A DNA stretch of 64,000 bases from Anaerolineae bacterium (GTDB lineage Bacteria > Chloroflexota > Anaerolineae > Aggregatilineales > Phototrophicaceae): NCBI GenBank assembly GCA_034432495.1, contig DAOUCB010000168.1:5527-69526 (forward strand), read 5' to 3'. Made by a program: the position numbers and the translations under genes. Each line of letters begins with the position of its first letter. Within the stretch, counting starts at the first letter, position 1. This document shows positions 28,086 to 36,987 of the stretch, in pieces. Under the pieces are notes generated by a model. The model saw only the letters and a list, made by a program, of their open reading frames with translations. It was not told where the DNA came from and did not search any database.

Positions 28086-31000
28086 TTATTGCCACCGCAC
28101 CTCGAAACGGGTTTCCTCGTTTGCGACCAGTGTAAGCGGTACTTCAACCTGTGTCGTCGGCGCAGCTTCGAAATTCTGCTTTCCCGTCTGCACCGTGATA
28201 CGTGTCGCACTGGCGGGAACGGTGACATACAGCGTGCGCTCGCCGCTCACAATCGCCCGGTAGGCACCTGTGATGCTCCCTGGCGCGATGTCGAGGCGCA
28301 GCAGCGGCATATCCAGCGTGAACTGGTCGCGCGGCACATGCGGATCAATCAGCAGACCCTTTCCGTTGGGCGCTGGCTCGACGCCGCAAACGCGCAGCAG
28401 ACCCAGCAGCGGCATCGCGTGAGCATTGCTGTTCATTGCCGGGAAATCGATCATGGGCGTCGCTGCGCTTTGCCATGTGCCGCCGGGGTTCTCCTGCGAA
28501 GTTTTCGTGAACAGCGCGTCCGGCGCAGTCCAGATACCGACCCACGTTTCTGGGAAAATCTCCGCGTGAACGGCGAGCGTCTGCCGCAGCAGCGAACGCC
28601 ACGCCCATTCCGGTGCGCTGCGGCAGTAGCCCCACGTCAGCAGTTGTGAAATGGCAGGCCAGATCAACCCATTCGTCTGTGTAACCGCACCCGTTTTCGA
28701 AGGGAAATCCAGTAACTGTGTGATCGACTTGACCAACGCCTGATCGGTGCCGTGTTCACACGCTGTCCGGCTGATCAGTGCCCAGGGCTGCGCTTCCAGG
28801 TTGATCGCCTCATTATCAACGACCACCACCCCATTCAACTCGTCACGCAGCAGCGCCCGCGCATACCAGCGTCCATTCCACTGCTGGTGCAGCGCCACAT
28901 CCAGGCCAGAGACGAAGCCAGCTATCGCCTCGGCGAATTCGGGATCACGCTCCTGCAACAGCGCCTGTGTGATCGGCAGGACATACAGCGCCATCTGCGT
29001 ATTCGGAATCGACTCGCCGTAGCGCTTGGAATTGGCGAACCACTGTGGAAAGGTCGCGCCGCCATATTTGACGCAGTTCTCAAACACAATTCCATCCGAC
29101 CAGTCGCCATCCCCCATGCGGATCAGGCCGTGATCGCCGCGCCGCACTTCGTAAATCAGGTGGTTGATCGCGCAGCGAACGTGATCGAGCACCGTCGTAC
29201 CATGCGCGCCATTCGGCAGCACCGACGACAGTTCGGGTGGATAGAATGGCACTTCACCATCGAGAAAGGCCAGGTCGCCTGTCGCAGAAAGATATTCGTT
29301 CAGCGCCATCAGAAAAAACAGGTCGAGATCAGACGGCGTGTCGTGAATTACCGCATTGTCGACCAGCCCATGCCCGCTGAAGCCATACCACAGCGCCCCA
29401 TTCGCGCTGTCCATCAATGACATCACCAACCGCAGATTTGCCCGCGCCAGTTCCGGTCGCAGATAGACCAGCGGCAGCGTCGAGAGACACTGATCGCGCG
29501 GCACGCCATCCGCCCCGTGCAGATACAGATAGGCCGAACCCTGCGGCGTGACGTGCGTTTTAAAATACTCGTTGTAGACCGTCGCCGATTGCAGATAATA
29601 GGCGTGCCATGCCATTTCGCGCTTGAGCGTCGCATCGATGCCTGTGTGGAAATAAGGCAGGCACGTCTTCCAATCCTCGGCAGTCTTCGCCAGCACGTCC
29701 CACTTCGGGAATGGCGTGTGAAATTCCAGCGAAGCACCGGGCTGCACAGTCCCGTAAGCGTAGCGCTGGGCGGATTTCTCGCCGGGAGCCAGCTCAAAAT
29801 CGCGGCGCATGACCATGCAGAAGGGCATCGAATCGCTTACAGGCGCGTCAGCCATTGTCGGAAAACACTGCCGAACCGCCTGCGGCTGCGTCACATCGCC
29901 GTTGCCGAAGAAAGCCTGTTTGTTGACGTAAAAGGCATCTGGCCTGCCGCTTAAGTCGCTCAGGAAGATGTTCGCCGGTTCCACGTCGATGTCGCTGACC
30001 GCATCAGGATCAGCATCATGCATAAAATACTGGCGAAAGCGCAAGGCGTTCGCCGCGAGATCCCACTCGATCTTCGGCTCGAACAGGTCATTGATCGCCG
30101 CCCGTTCGCCGTCGAGCGCTGTCGCGAAGGCCTCGCCGCGCAGCCATTGCAGTTTCATTTGCTGGACGTTGACATCCCAGTACTCGTAGCCGCGAAAATC
30201 GACTTGCTCGCTGCCGACGTTCTCATATTCCACGTCCACCAGCAAAAATGGGTAGTCGCCCTGCGGCGCATGAACCCGACGCGTCATGCGGATGTTGTGA
30301 AAGGTCAGCCGCGTTTCGGCGTAACCCATGCCGAAGACGCGCTCGATCTCGATGCCCTGTTGGCGATAGCGAAAAGCGGTCGCCGTGACATCCCCCCGAC
30401 ATTCGAGATAACCGAAGCCACCCGCGTAAGCGAAACGGGCAGATGGATAGTCGAGCAGTTGCGCCGGAAGCGTCGCAGATACCGGGGGCTGCACGCCGCG
30501 TGCCTGAGCGCTGTCGGACGTAACGCTGTGATGCGCAGTCACCGAGCGCGGAATACCTGCCCACAATCGCCGCGCCGCGATCAAAATCTGTGTCGCCAGC
30601 GCGACCAGTAGTTTGAGCAGATTGTTCGCCAGCAGCGCCAAACCGCTGAGCGCGGGAACGTCTGGCCGCGCTGCGTCGCCGCGCGAAGCGAAATAGTTCA
30701 GAAATACGCCGCCGCGATCCCCCAGATAAACCTGTACTGTTCCGTCGTTCGAGGCCAACCCAGTCACCCGGTCGTTACCGATTTGATGCCAGTGATCACG
30801 CCGATCCAGATTGGCGCTGTTGGGAAAGCGTGCGCGTATGTCCGTGTATTGATCGAGCGTGTAGACGTAACAGGGCAAGCCGTTGGCATCCAGCGACCAT
30901 TCGCCGAAAATGCCGCTGCCTTCGCTGGTCGGTTGGAAACGACGCGGATCATCTGAGGCGGCCTGCGCCTCAAGCGGAATTGGTTTGGGGGAGCGCCTGA

Positions 31001-31088
31001 ACCAGCGCCGCAGCGTCAATATCAGCGAAGAGTGGTCAAGTTCGGCATCGCGCATCAGGACGCTGGGGGACGGCACATGGGCGGGCAT
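28086..31088 (-). CDS. 1000-aa (alpha/alpha)6-barrel glycoside phosphorylase/hydrolase-like protein (GH94-like)
   Basis: RMGDGDWSDGIVF resembles the catalytic xDWND(C/S) stretch of GH94 cellobiose/chitobiose phosphorylases. The N-terminal beta-sandwich-like region has an inserted hydrophobic segment (LSGLALLANNLLKLLVALATQILIAA). GAGGA lies upstream of the ATG. Confidence 0.5.
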   Translation of the reverse strand: MPAHVPSPSVLMRDAELDHSSLILTLRRWFRRSPKPIPLEAQAASDDPRRFQPTSEGSGIFGEWSLDANGLPCYVYTLDQYTDIRARFPNSANLDRRDHWHQIGNDRVTGLASNDGTVQVYLGDRGGVFLNYFASRGDAARPDVPALSGLALLANNLLKLLVALATQILIAARRLWAGIPRSVTAHHSVTSDSAQARGVQPPVSATLPAQLLDYPSARFAYAGGFGYLECRGDVTATAFRYRQQGIEIERVFGMGYAETRLTFHNIRMTRRVHAPQGDYPFLLVDVEYENVGSEQVDFRGYEYWDVNVQQMKLQWLRGEAFATALDGERAAINDLFEPKIEWDLAANALRFRQYFMHDADPDAVSDIDVEPANIFLSDLSGRPDAFYVNKQAFFGNGDVTQPQAVRQCFPTMADAPVSDSMPFCMVMRRDFELAPGEKSAQRYAYGTVQPGASLEFHTPFPKWDVLAKTAEDWKTCLPYFHTGIDATLKREMAWHAYYLQSATVYNEYFKTHVTPQGSAYLYLHGADGVPRDQCLSTLPLVYLRPELARANLRLVMSLMDSANGALWYGFSGHGLVDNAVIHDTPSDLDLFFLMALNEYLSATGDLAFLDGEVPFYPPELSSVLPNGAHGTTVLDHVRCAINHLIYEVRRGDHGLIRMGDGDWSDGIVFENCVKYGGATFPQWFANSKRYGESIPNTQMALYVLPITQALLQERDPEFAEAIAGFVSGLDVALHQQWNGRWYARALLRDELNGVVVVDNEAINLEAQPWALISRTACEHGTDQALVKSITQLLDFPSKTGAVTQTNGLIWPAISQLLTWGYCRSAPEWAWRSLLRQTLAVHAEIFPETWVGIWTAPDALFTKTSQENPGGTWQSAATPMIDFPAMNSNAHAMPLLGLLRVCGVEPAPNGKGLLIDPHVPRDQFTLDMPLLRLDIAPGSITGAYRAIVSGERTLYVTVPASATRITVQTGKQNFEAAPTTQVEVPLTLVANEETRFEVRWQ

Positions 31089-31212
31089 AGGCGATCCTCG
31101 TTGGGGTCAGGCGTCAATGATATTAACGTGGAATTTCACTTTTCGCAGCAATAAAGTAAAAATCAGGCGCGATTTTCACCGTACCCGAAATAATCAGTGG
31201 AGCGTCAGACTT

Positions 31213-32157
31213 TTACCAGCTCACGAGGATGACCGAAATATCATCCTGTGTCGAGCGTCGGTTCGCGCTGTCCTGCGAGCGTGCGTAAGCGGCTTCGCCG
31301 AGGTCATCCGCGCCCGCCTCGCCGTGTGCCAGCCCCTCAATCACTTCGGCCTCAGCCAGATTCTTGTACAGCCCGTCGGAACAGAGCAGCAGCGTATCGC
31401 CCGAACCAATTTCGATGCGCGACGTCTGCGCAATCGGGTCTTCGTCGTGAACGCCCAGCGCGTTGATCACGATGTTGGCGGGTGGGATGTTCAGTACCGT
31501 GTTGCCCACCAGAAACCAGCGCCACGCTATATACAGGTCGTAGGGATTGCCGTTAATCGCAATCGTGCCTTCGGCTTGCGGCTCATCGACGCCGTTATAA
31601 GTGTTAAGAACTGTCCCGATGCGGTCACTGTCTTCGGCGCTCAGCAGCCCCAGCCGCACAAAATATTCGAGGTTATCTTCGTCCGGGCAAAGCTGTATCA
31701 GTTCGCCATCTGTGAAGAGATACCCGCGCGTGTCGCCCACCTGCACCGTCAGCAGCCGACTGCCATTTTCGCAGACGACCACCACCGTCACAACTGCCCC
31801 CACGCGATGCCCCGCCGGGAACTCGTCGCCGTTGTTGAGTTCCAGCCGCAACCGCTCGTGCGCTCGGTTGAGCGCGGCGATCACTTTTTGCTCTGCCTCG
31901 CCGTTTGCCGAGCCATCAATGTCCGGCGGCAGGCGCTGCAAATCCTCAATCAGCGTCGTTCGCACCAACTGCGAAGCATCGCGCCCCGTCATCAGTCGCC
32001 CATCCGCCGTTTCATGCTGCTGCCCGCCCATGCCGTCGATCACGGCGAAAACCGGGGCTTTACTGTCGCCATTACTGTTCCCGTCGAAGACCATCACCGC
32101 GTCTTCGCAGCGATCCGGATGCTCAATCGAAGCTCGGCTAAATTCCTGAATTTTCAA
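31213..32157 (-). CDS. PP2C-family Ser/Thr protein phosphatase
   Basis: PP2C metal-binding motifs: RCEDAVMVF, AVIDGMGGQQHE, LLLCSDGLY, QDDISVILV. The start is TTG in a TTGA overlap with the upstream stop. Confidence 0.85.
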   Translation of the reverse strand: MKIQEFSRASIEHPDRCEDAVMVFDGNSNGDSKAPVFAVIDGMGGQQHETADGRLMTGRDASQLVRTTLIEDLQRLPPDIDGSANGEAEQKVIAALNRAHERLRLELNNGDEFPAGHRVGAVVTVVVVCENGSRLLTVQVGDTRGYLFTDGELIQLCPDEDNLEYFVRLGLLSAEDSDRIGTVLNTYNGVDEPQAEGTIAINGNPYDLYIAWRWFLVGNTVLNIPPANIVINALGVHDEDPIAQTSRIEIGSGDTLLLCSDGLYKNLAEAEVIEGLAHGEAGADDLGEAAYARSQDSANRRSTQDDISVILVSW

Positions 32158-32762
32158 GGTTTGTCATCTCGTATCGCTTTGTACAGGCGCAGAAACACAC
32201 CGGGACGTTCGCCGCCCATCTGGCGCAAACGTTCCAGTTCCTCCTGGGTGATGTAAGGCGCAGGTTCGCCGCTCAGGTCCGGCACTTTCGGTTCGGGTGG
32301 TACGCTCGCCACGTTTTGAATCGTCACCGGGTCAGCCAGCGTATTCGACTGCACCACTGGCTGCTCTGTGGGCGCAGGCGAATGTTCAATCGCTGGGGCT
32401 GCCAGGGCGCTCGACTGAACAACAGGCGGCTCGATTTTGATTTCCTTGAAGCGATAGCCGCAGTATGAGCAGACCTTCGCCCCTTCGCGGCGCTGCGCGC
32501 CACACTGCGGACACCACTTCTGCGTCAGGTTGTGACTCCGTGCTTTACTGCTCAGCAGCTTACCATGAAACTTGCTTCCACACTGACTACAAACCTTCGC
32601 GCCCATCTTGTTCATAAAGCCGCAGTGGGAGCAGCGTTTCCGCAGCATCCCACTGGTATCTTCAAGAAAAAAAGCGTAGCCGCACTCGGTGCAGACCTTC
32701 GCCGCTGCGCGATTGCTGTGCCCACATTTCGGGCAGCGCTTTCGCTCGTGCTCGATGCTCAT
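32154..32762 (-). CDS. triple zinc-ribbon protein
   Basis: Three tandem CxxC-x(10-11)-CxxC ribbons (CPKCGHSN..CTECGYAF; CSHCGFMN..CSQCGSKF; CPQCGAQR..CSYCGYRF), then a Pro-rich linker and a short conserved-looking tail. ATGA overlap with the vWA gene. Confidence 0.75.
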   Translation of the reverse strand: MSIEHERKRCPKCGHSNRAAAKVCTECGYAFFLEDTSGMLRKRCSHCGFMNKMGAKVCSQCGSKFHGKLLSSKARSHNLTQKWCPQCGAQRREGAKVCSYCGYRFKEIKIEPPVVQSSALAAPAIEHSPAPTEQPVVQSNTLADPVTIQNVASVPPEPKVPDLSGEPAPYITQEELERLRQMGGERPGVFLRLYKAIRDDKP

Positions 32763-34015
32763 GAGCCGTCTGTATCCTCTTCGGTCAGGCTCACAGTCGA
32801 TGTGCCGAGTGCCGCCGTCTTACGCGCGACTTCGTTGCCCGTTCCTGCCGCTTCCAGCACCTCAGTCATTGAGCGATTGCCTACTGCCTGCGCGATTTCC
32901 AGCGCTTCGGTGCGATGCCGTTCCGCGCCAGCGGCATCACCCGCATTCAACGCCTCAGTCATAGCCTGCGTCGAAGCCGCCAACTGTCCCTGACCCAGAT
33001 AACCCGCGACAATGGGGTTGACCTGATTGATCTGCGCAGCGTCGTTCGTCTGCTGAAGAATCATCCAGGTCGATTGATCGCCCTTCTCCTCGACGCGCTG
33101 CCCGCCCGCCGCATACAGCACAGACGGCTTGCAGGCGACGACACGCGCTCCAACCGCTGCCAGTTCAATGTGAACGATAAAGTCACGGTGATCTTTCGAC
33201 GCCATCGGCGGCACAGGCACGACCCAGGTATGATCATCACCCAGCGGCGCGGCCTCGCCCTTGACCCAGTTCGGGTACGCCTGCGACAGCGACATAATCC
33301 GCGCGCCCGCGGGCGTCCACAGATGCAGCACCACATCGCTCGCGACGGTCTGCGACATCTTGACCACCAGCGCGTTGAATTCGGCTTGTAGGTCATCGGG
33401 GTTTGGGACGGCCTTCGGCATCCAGCCCTGCGTAATCTGCGCCATCTTCGTCAGTTGATCAGGATTCCAGTCATTGCCGAAGCCATAAGCGCACAGATGG
33501 ATGTGCATATCCGCCGCATCCTTGACCGCCCGCGCCAGCGTCGATTCCTGTTCAGTGTTCTGTCCATCGCTCAGGAAAATGCCGTAACGCGCCACGTCGC
33601 CGCGAATTTCCCGCTGTCCTTCGATAGCGACCCGGATGCCGGTTGACATCGACGTGCCACCGAACATCTTGACCTGCTTGAGCGTGCGCCGGAAGTTCGA
33701 GACCAGTTGATTGCGATCCGTCTGCATCGTGATTTGCGTCGGCGGAACAACTTCGCTGGCGTCGTTGTCGAACACCACTACTTGCAGAATGATGCCGCTC
33801 GGTGCGTTGAGCAGCAAATCCTCCAGCGTCGAAATCGCGGCATTGAATTTTGCGCCCTGCATCGAGCCGGAGACGTCGCAAATCAGCGAAATGACCGTTG
33901 ATTGCGCTGTCGGTGGCAGATCATTGGCAGTGACCGAGACGACGCCCCAGACCGAGTTCGTCGTCGGGCTGATATACGGGTTAAAGTAGGTTTTGAAGCT
34001 GAATGCGCTTGCCAT
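32759..34015 (-). CDS. vWA-domain protein (TerY-like N-terminal vWA plus extra C-terminal domain)
   Basis: MIDAS motif LICDVSGSMQG, then GGTSMSTG and IFLSDGQNT. 418 aa, about twice the size of a minimal vWA domain. Confidence 0.8.
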   Translation of the reverse strand: MASAFSFKTYFNPYISPTTNSVWGVVSVTANDLPPTAQSTVISLICDVSGSMQGAKFNAAISTLEDLLLNAPSGIILQVVVFDNDASEVVPPTQITMQTDRNQLVSNFRRTLKQVKMFGGTSMSTGIRVAIEGQREIRGDVARYGIFLSDGQNTEQESTLARAVKDAADMHIHLCAYGFGNDWNPDQLTKMAQITQGWMPKAVPNPDDLQAEFNALVVKMSQTVASDVVLHLWTPAGARIMSLSQAYPNWVKGEAAPLGDDHTWVVPVPPMASKDHRDFIVHIELAAVGARVVACKPSVLYAAGGQRVEEKGDQSTWMILQQTNDAAQINQVNPIVAGYLGQGQLAASTQAMTEALNAGDAAGAERHRTEALEIAQAVGNRSMTEVLEAAGTGNEVARKTAALGTSTVSLTEEDTDGS

Positions 34016-34051
34016 AATGTTTCTCGACTCCGTTAGAATTTCACCTCGATC

Positions 34052-36178
34052 TTAGACCAGCGCCCACGTTCGGGCTTTCATGATTCGTTCGTTGATGACC
34101 CATTCGCGGTTAGCCTCATCGTCGCGCGCCAGATACTCGCGCCAGGCGTGTTCGTTGGCCTTCGAAATATCGCCAATCGACTTCATCTGTTGATCCGGCC
34201 AGTTGATCGCTGGGATTTTTCCGGTCTTTTGTGCCACCGCGAAGGCCGTGAAGTAAAACTCTGCCAGCAGGCGATAGTAGGCGCGTGTTTCGACGCCGTT
34301 TTCACGCAGCGTCTCGACCGCGCGAGCAGCATTGTCAAGCGTGGTCGCGTCGCCTTCGTCGGCTTTCAGGTTGTACAGCGAAATCAATTCCAGCATCACG
34401 TCGTTATAGCTGGTGTTCCGGCTGCTGACATCTTCCAGCACCTTGATCGCGGCGTCAACCTGCTTGTCCGCCAGATAGGCTTTCGATGCGCCAATATAAG
34501 CCGCGCCCACCGACGGTTTCGCCTGAATGATCGCCTGATATTCGGCAATCGCCTGTTTGGTATTGCCGCTCCGGCGATACAGGTCTGCCAGCAGCAGCCG
34601 CGCTCGGTGATCACCTGGCTTGAGCGCCATCATGCGCCGATAGCGATCCGCCGCTTCCTGAAACCTGCCGCTGTTTTCCATAAACTGGCCTTCCGCCAGC
34701 AGCAGTTCCCACTGTGCCTGCGGATCAGCCGTTGACTGTGCTTGCTTCAGGTCGGCTTCGGCATCCTGTAACTTGCCGTTCTGCGTGTGAATCAACGAAC
34801 GCAGCAGATAGGCCGATGCGCCGCCGTTGTTCTTGACCGCCTGGTTCGCCAGCAGCAGCGCGCGTGTGTAATTATGCTGCTGATAGGCTTCCTGCGCCCC
34901 CAGCAGCACCGTCGAAGCTGGATTACTTGGCGCGATCTCCGGCAGTTCGATCTTGACTGTCCCAGTCACGACGCCCGTTTCTGTGCGTGTGCGAAGCTGC
35001 TCCAGCGTCACGCCCTGGAAACTGGCCTGCTCGCGCTGGCGTCTGAACGCCGTCATATCCGGCGTCTGTCCTTTGACATAGCCGATCACGCCGTCGATTT
35101 CCGCCATAATCTGATCGACATTCTGTGGACGCTGTTCGCGTTCCTGCGCTGTCAGCCACTCGACGAAATAGCGCAGCGAATCGTCATACTGAATCCAGGG
35201 GAACACGTCCGGCGGCGTCAGCGTATAGCGATACTGCTCGGTATGCACTTCCGCCATGCCGATCAGTTCCGCCAGCGTGCGCCCAATGGTGAAATAGTCG
35301 TCGCGCCAGTCCGGGTGCATCGCCTGAGGCGAATGATAACCGGGCGTACCGCGTGCGGGCTTCGGCGGCACGTTCGGGTCATAGCGATAAGCCGTGCCGA
35401 AGTCGAGCAGCACTTCAAGCTGTTCACCGCTTGCCAGCGTCAGCCGCTTGACATTCGACGGCTTGAAGTCGCAGTAAATGATCGGCGGCGTCAGGCTGTG
35501 CAGATACTTGAAAGCAGGCAGCAGCCCTTTGATGTGCAGCAGCGCCTGTTCGGCAGGCATCGGCAGCACCAGTTTGCGCGTGACAGGTTCTTCGATCTCA
35601 TCCGCCCAGCTTGGCCCGTCCACGAACTCCATCACGTAACACAGTTCGTTGCCGATCAGGAAGAAGTCGATCACCGCAACGATGTTCGGGTGACGAATGT
35701 TGATCAGTGTTTCCGCTTCTTTTTGCAGCGCGTCGCGCAAGCCTGGATCGTCCGCCACCACCGTCTTGATCACGACGGTTTTGTTCAGGTTGCGGTCATG
35801 CGCTTTCCAGGCGCGGCCCATGCCGCCCTGCCCCAGCAGCCCTTCGATGCCGTAGCGCTCGGCAATCACCAGCCCGACTTTGAGCGCACTCGGCGGGCCT
35901 TTCAGTTCGACTTCCTGCGGCGCAGGAACGACGTTCGTCAGCTTCTTGCCGCAATTCGGGCAGTGCCGCGCCCCCGGTCGCAGCTTGAAGCCGCAGAATG
36001 GGCAGGTCAGCTTATCCTGTGCCTGCACCGCACCGGTCGCCATTGCCATCGCCGCCGTCACCGGCTTGAGCGCAACCGTATTCAATTCAAGTCCGCATTC
36101 GTCGCAAAATCCGCTCGCCGTCGAGGTCATTTTGTGACAATGTGGACATTCAATCATGTCTGGAGCTTTGGTAGTCAC
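34052..36178 (-). CDS. Ser/Thr protein kinase with two N-terminal zinc ribbons and C-terminal TPR repeats
   Basis: Zinc ribbons CPHCHK..CDECG and CPFCGF..CPNCG. Gly-loop GQGGMG, VVIK lysine, catalytic loop IIYCDFKPSNV, LDFGTA. The C-terminal roughly 300 aa are TPR-like (AYLLRSLIHTQNGKLQDAEADLKQA...). Confidence 0.85.
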   Translation of the reverse strand: MTTKAPDMIECPHCHKMTSTASGFCDECGLELNTVALKPVTAAMAMATGAVQAQDKLTCPFCGFKLRPGARHCPNCGKKLTNVVPAPQEVELKGPPSALKVGLVIAERYGIEGLLGQGGMGRAWKAHDRNLNKTVVIKTVVADDPGLRDALQKEAETLINIRHPNIVAVIDFFLIGNELCYVMEFVDGPSWADEIEEPVTRKLVLPMPAEQALLHIKGLLPAFKYLHSLTPPIIYCDFKPSNVKRLTLASGEQLEVLLDFGTAYRYDPNVPPKPARGTPGYHSPQAMHPDWRDDYFTIGRTLAELIGMAEVHTEQYRYTLTPPDVFPWIQYDDSLRYFVEWLTAQEREQRPQNVDQIMAEIDGVIGYVKGQTPDMTAFRRQREQASFQGVTLEQLRTRTETGVVTGTVKIELPEIAPSNPASTVLLGAQEAYQQHNYTRALLLANQAVKNNGGASAYLLRSLIHTQNGKLQDAEADLKQAQSTADPQAQWELLLAEGQFMENSGRFQEAADRYRRMMALKPGDHRARLLLADLYRRSGNTKQAIAEYQAIIQAKPSVGAAYIGASKAYLADKQVDAAIKVLEDVSSRNTSYNDVMLELISLYNLKADEGDATTLDNAARAVETLRENGVETRAYYRLLAEFYFTAFAVAQKTGKIPAINWPDQQMKSIGDISKANEHAWREYLARDDEANREWVINERIMKARTWALV

Positions 36179-36277
36179 CGTATCTCCTTATCGTTTCTCT
36201 TGCTTACTTTGTGATGGCGATCAGCTTTCAGCAAATGCTTTTCGCTTTCGCTGATGGCTGACTGCTAATCGCTTCTT

Positions 36278-36811
36278 CTAGCTTTCGTGAAAGGTCAGTT
36301 CGATCTTGCCCAGCTTGATCAGGTCACCCTCTTTCAGAGGTTCGGCCTGCCCCTGTGCCAGCTTGATTTCGTTGACCCAGGTGTGATTCGAACTGCCCAG
36401 GTCTTCAATATAGTACTTGTCGTCCATCTTGACGATTTGCGCATGGCGATGACTGACAAATTTCCCGTCGGGGTAGCCGTCCAGGTCGATTTGCAGCGCC
36501 GGGTCTTCCCGACCTAGTACCGCAGCGGCTCCCAGCTTAAAAATCGATCCGGTGCTTTGCAGCAGCAAATGTGGCCCGGTATAAACCGCCGGCGCAGGAT
36601 CGTCAATCGGTGTTAAATTCTGTGCTGGAATGTCGGGCACGGCGTCAGCAGGCGGAACAGGCTCTACAATTGCGGCGCTCGAAGCGGGCGCGGACGCGTC
36701 ACGAACAGGAACCTGATAGTTCCCGCCATTCGTGGACGGCAGTTCGAAACCACATTCTTCGCAAAAGCGTGAACCTGCTTCATTCCAGTGTTGGCAATTT
36801 GGACATTGCAT
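36278..36811 (-). CDS. FHA-domain protein with N-terminal zinc ribbon
   Basis: MQCPNCQHWNEAGSRFCEECG, a Pro/Ala linker, then an FHA core (VLGRED..., VSHRHAQIV, YYIEDLGSSNHTWVN). GGAGG lies upstream of the ATG. Confidence 0.85.
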   Translation of the reverse strand: MQCPNCQHWNEAGSRFCEECGFELPSTNGGNYQVPVRDASAPASSAAIVEPVPPADAVPDIPAQNLTPIDDPAPAVYTGPHLLLQSTGSIFKLGAAAVLGREDPALQIDLDGYPDGKFVSHRHAQIVKMDDKYYIEDLGSSNHTWVNEIKLAQGQAEPLKEGDLIKLGKIELTFHES

Positions 36812-36987
36812 GATGTTATCCTCCCCAACAATGAATCTTATGAGAGATTCAACGAAACGATCCCCCCAATCTGTCGGGGATACGGCATAATCATTTCAGC
36901 AGATGATAGATAAGTTATAGTCCATTTGGAGCGGTTTTTCTACGCTACAAAATGACAGAAATTCCTTAGAGACAGGTGAGCACACCA

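Noticed and set aside
30883-32256. 457-aa plus-strand ORF spanning the GH94-like start and the PP2C gene
   Set aside because: It crosses an intergenic spacer and two well-supported minus-strand genes. Its composition is Arg/His-rich and it has no motif.
34787-36214. 475-aa plus-strand ORF opposite the Ser/Thr kinase
   Set aside because: Antisense shadow ORF. The kinase motifs on the minus strand explain the open frame.
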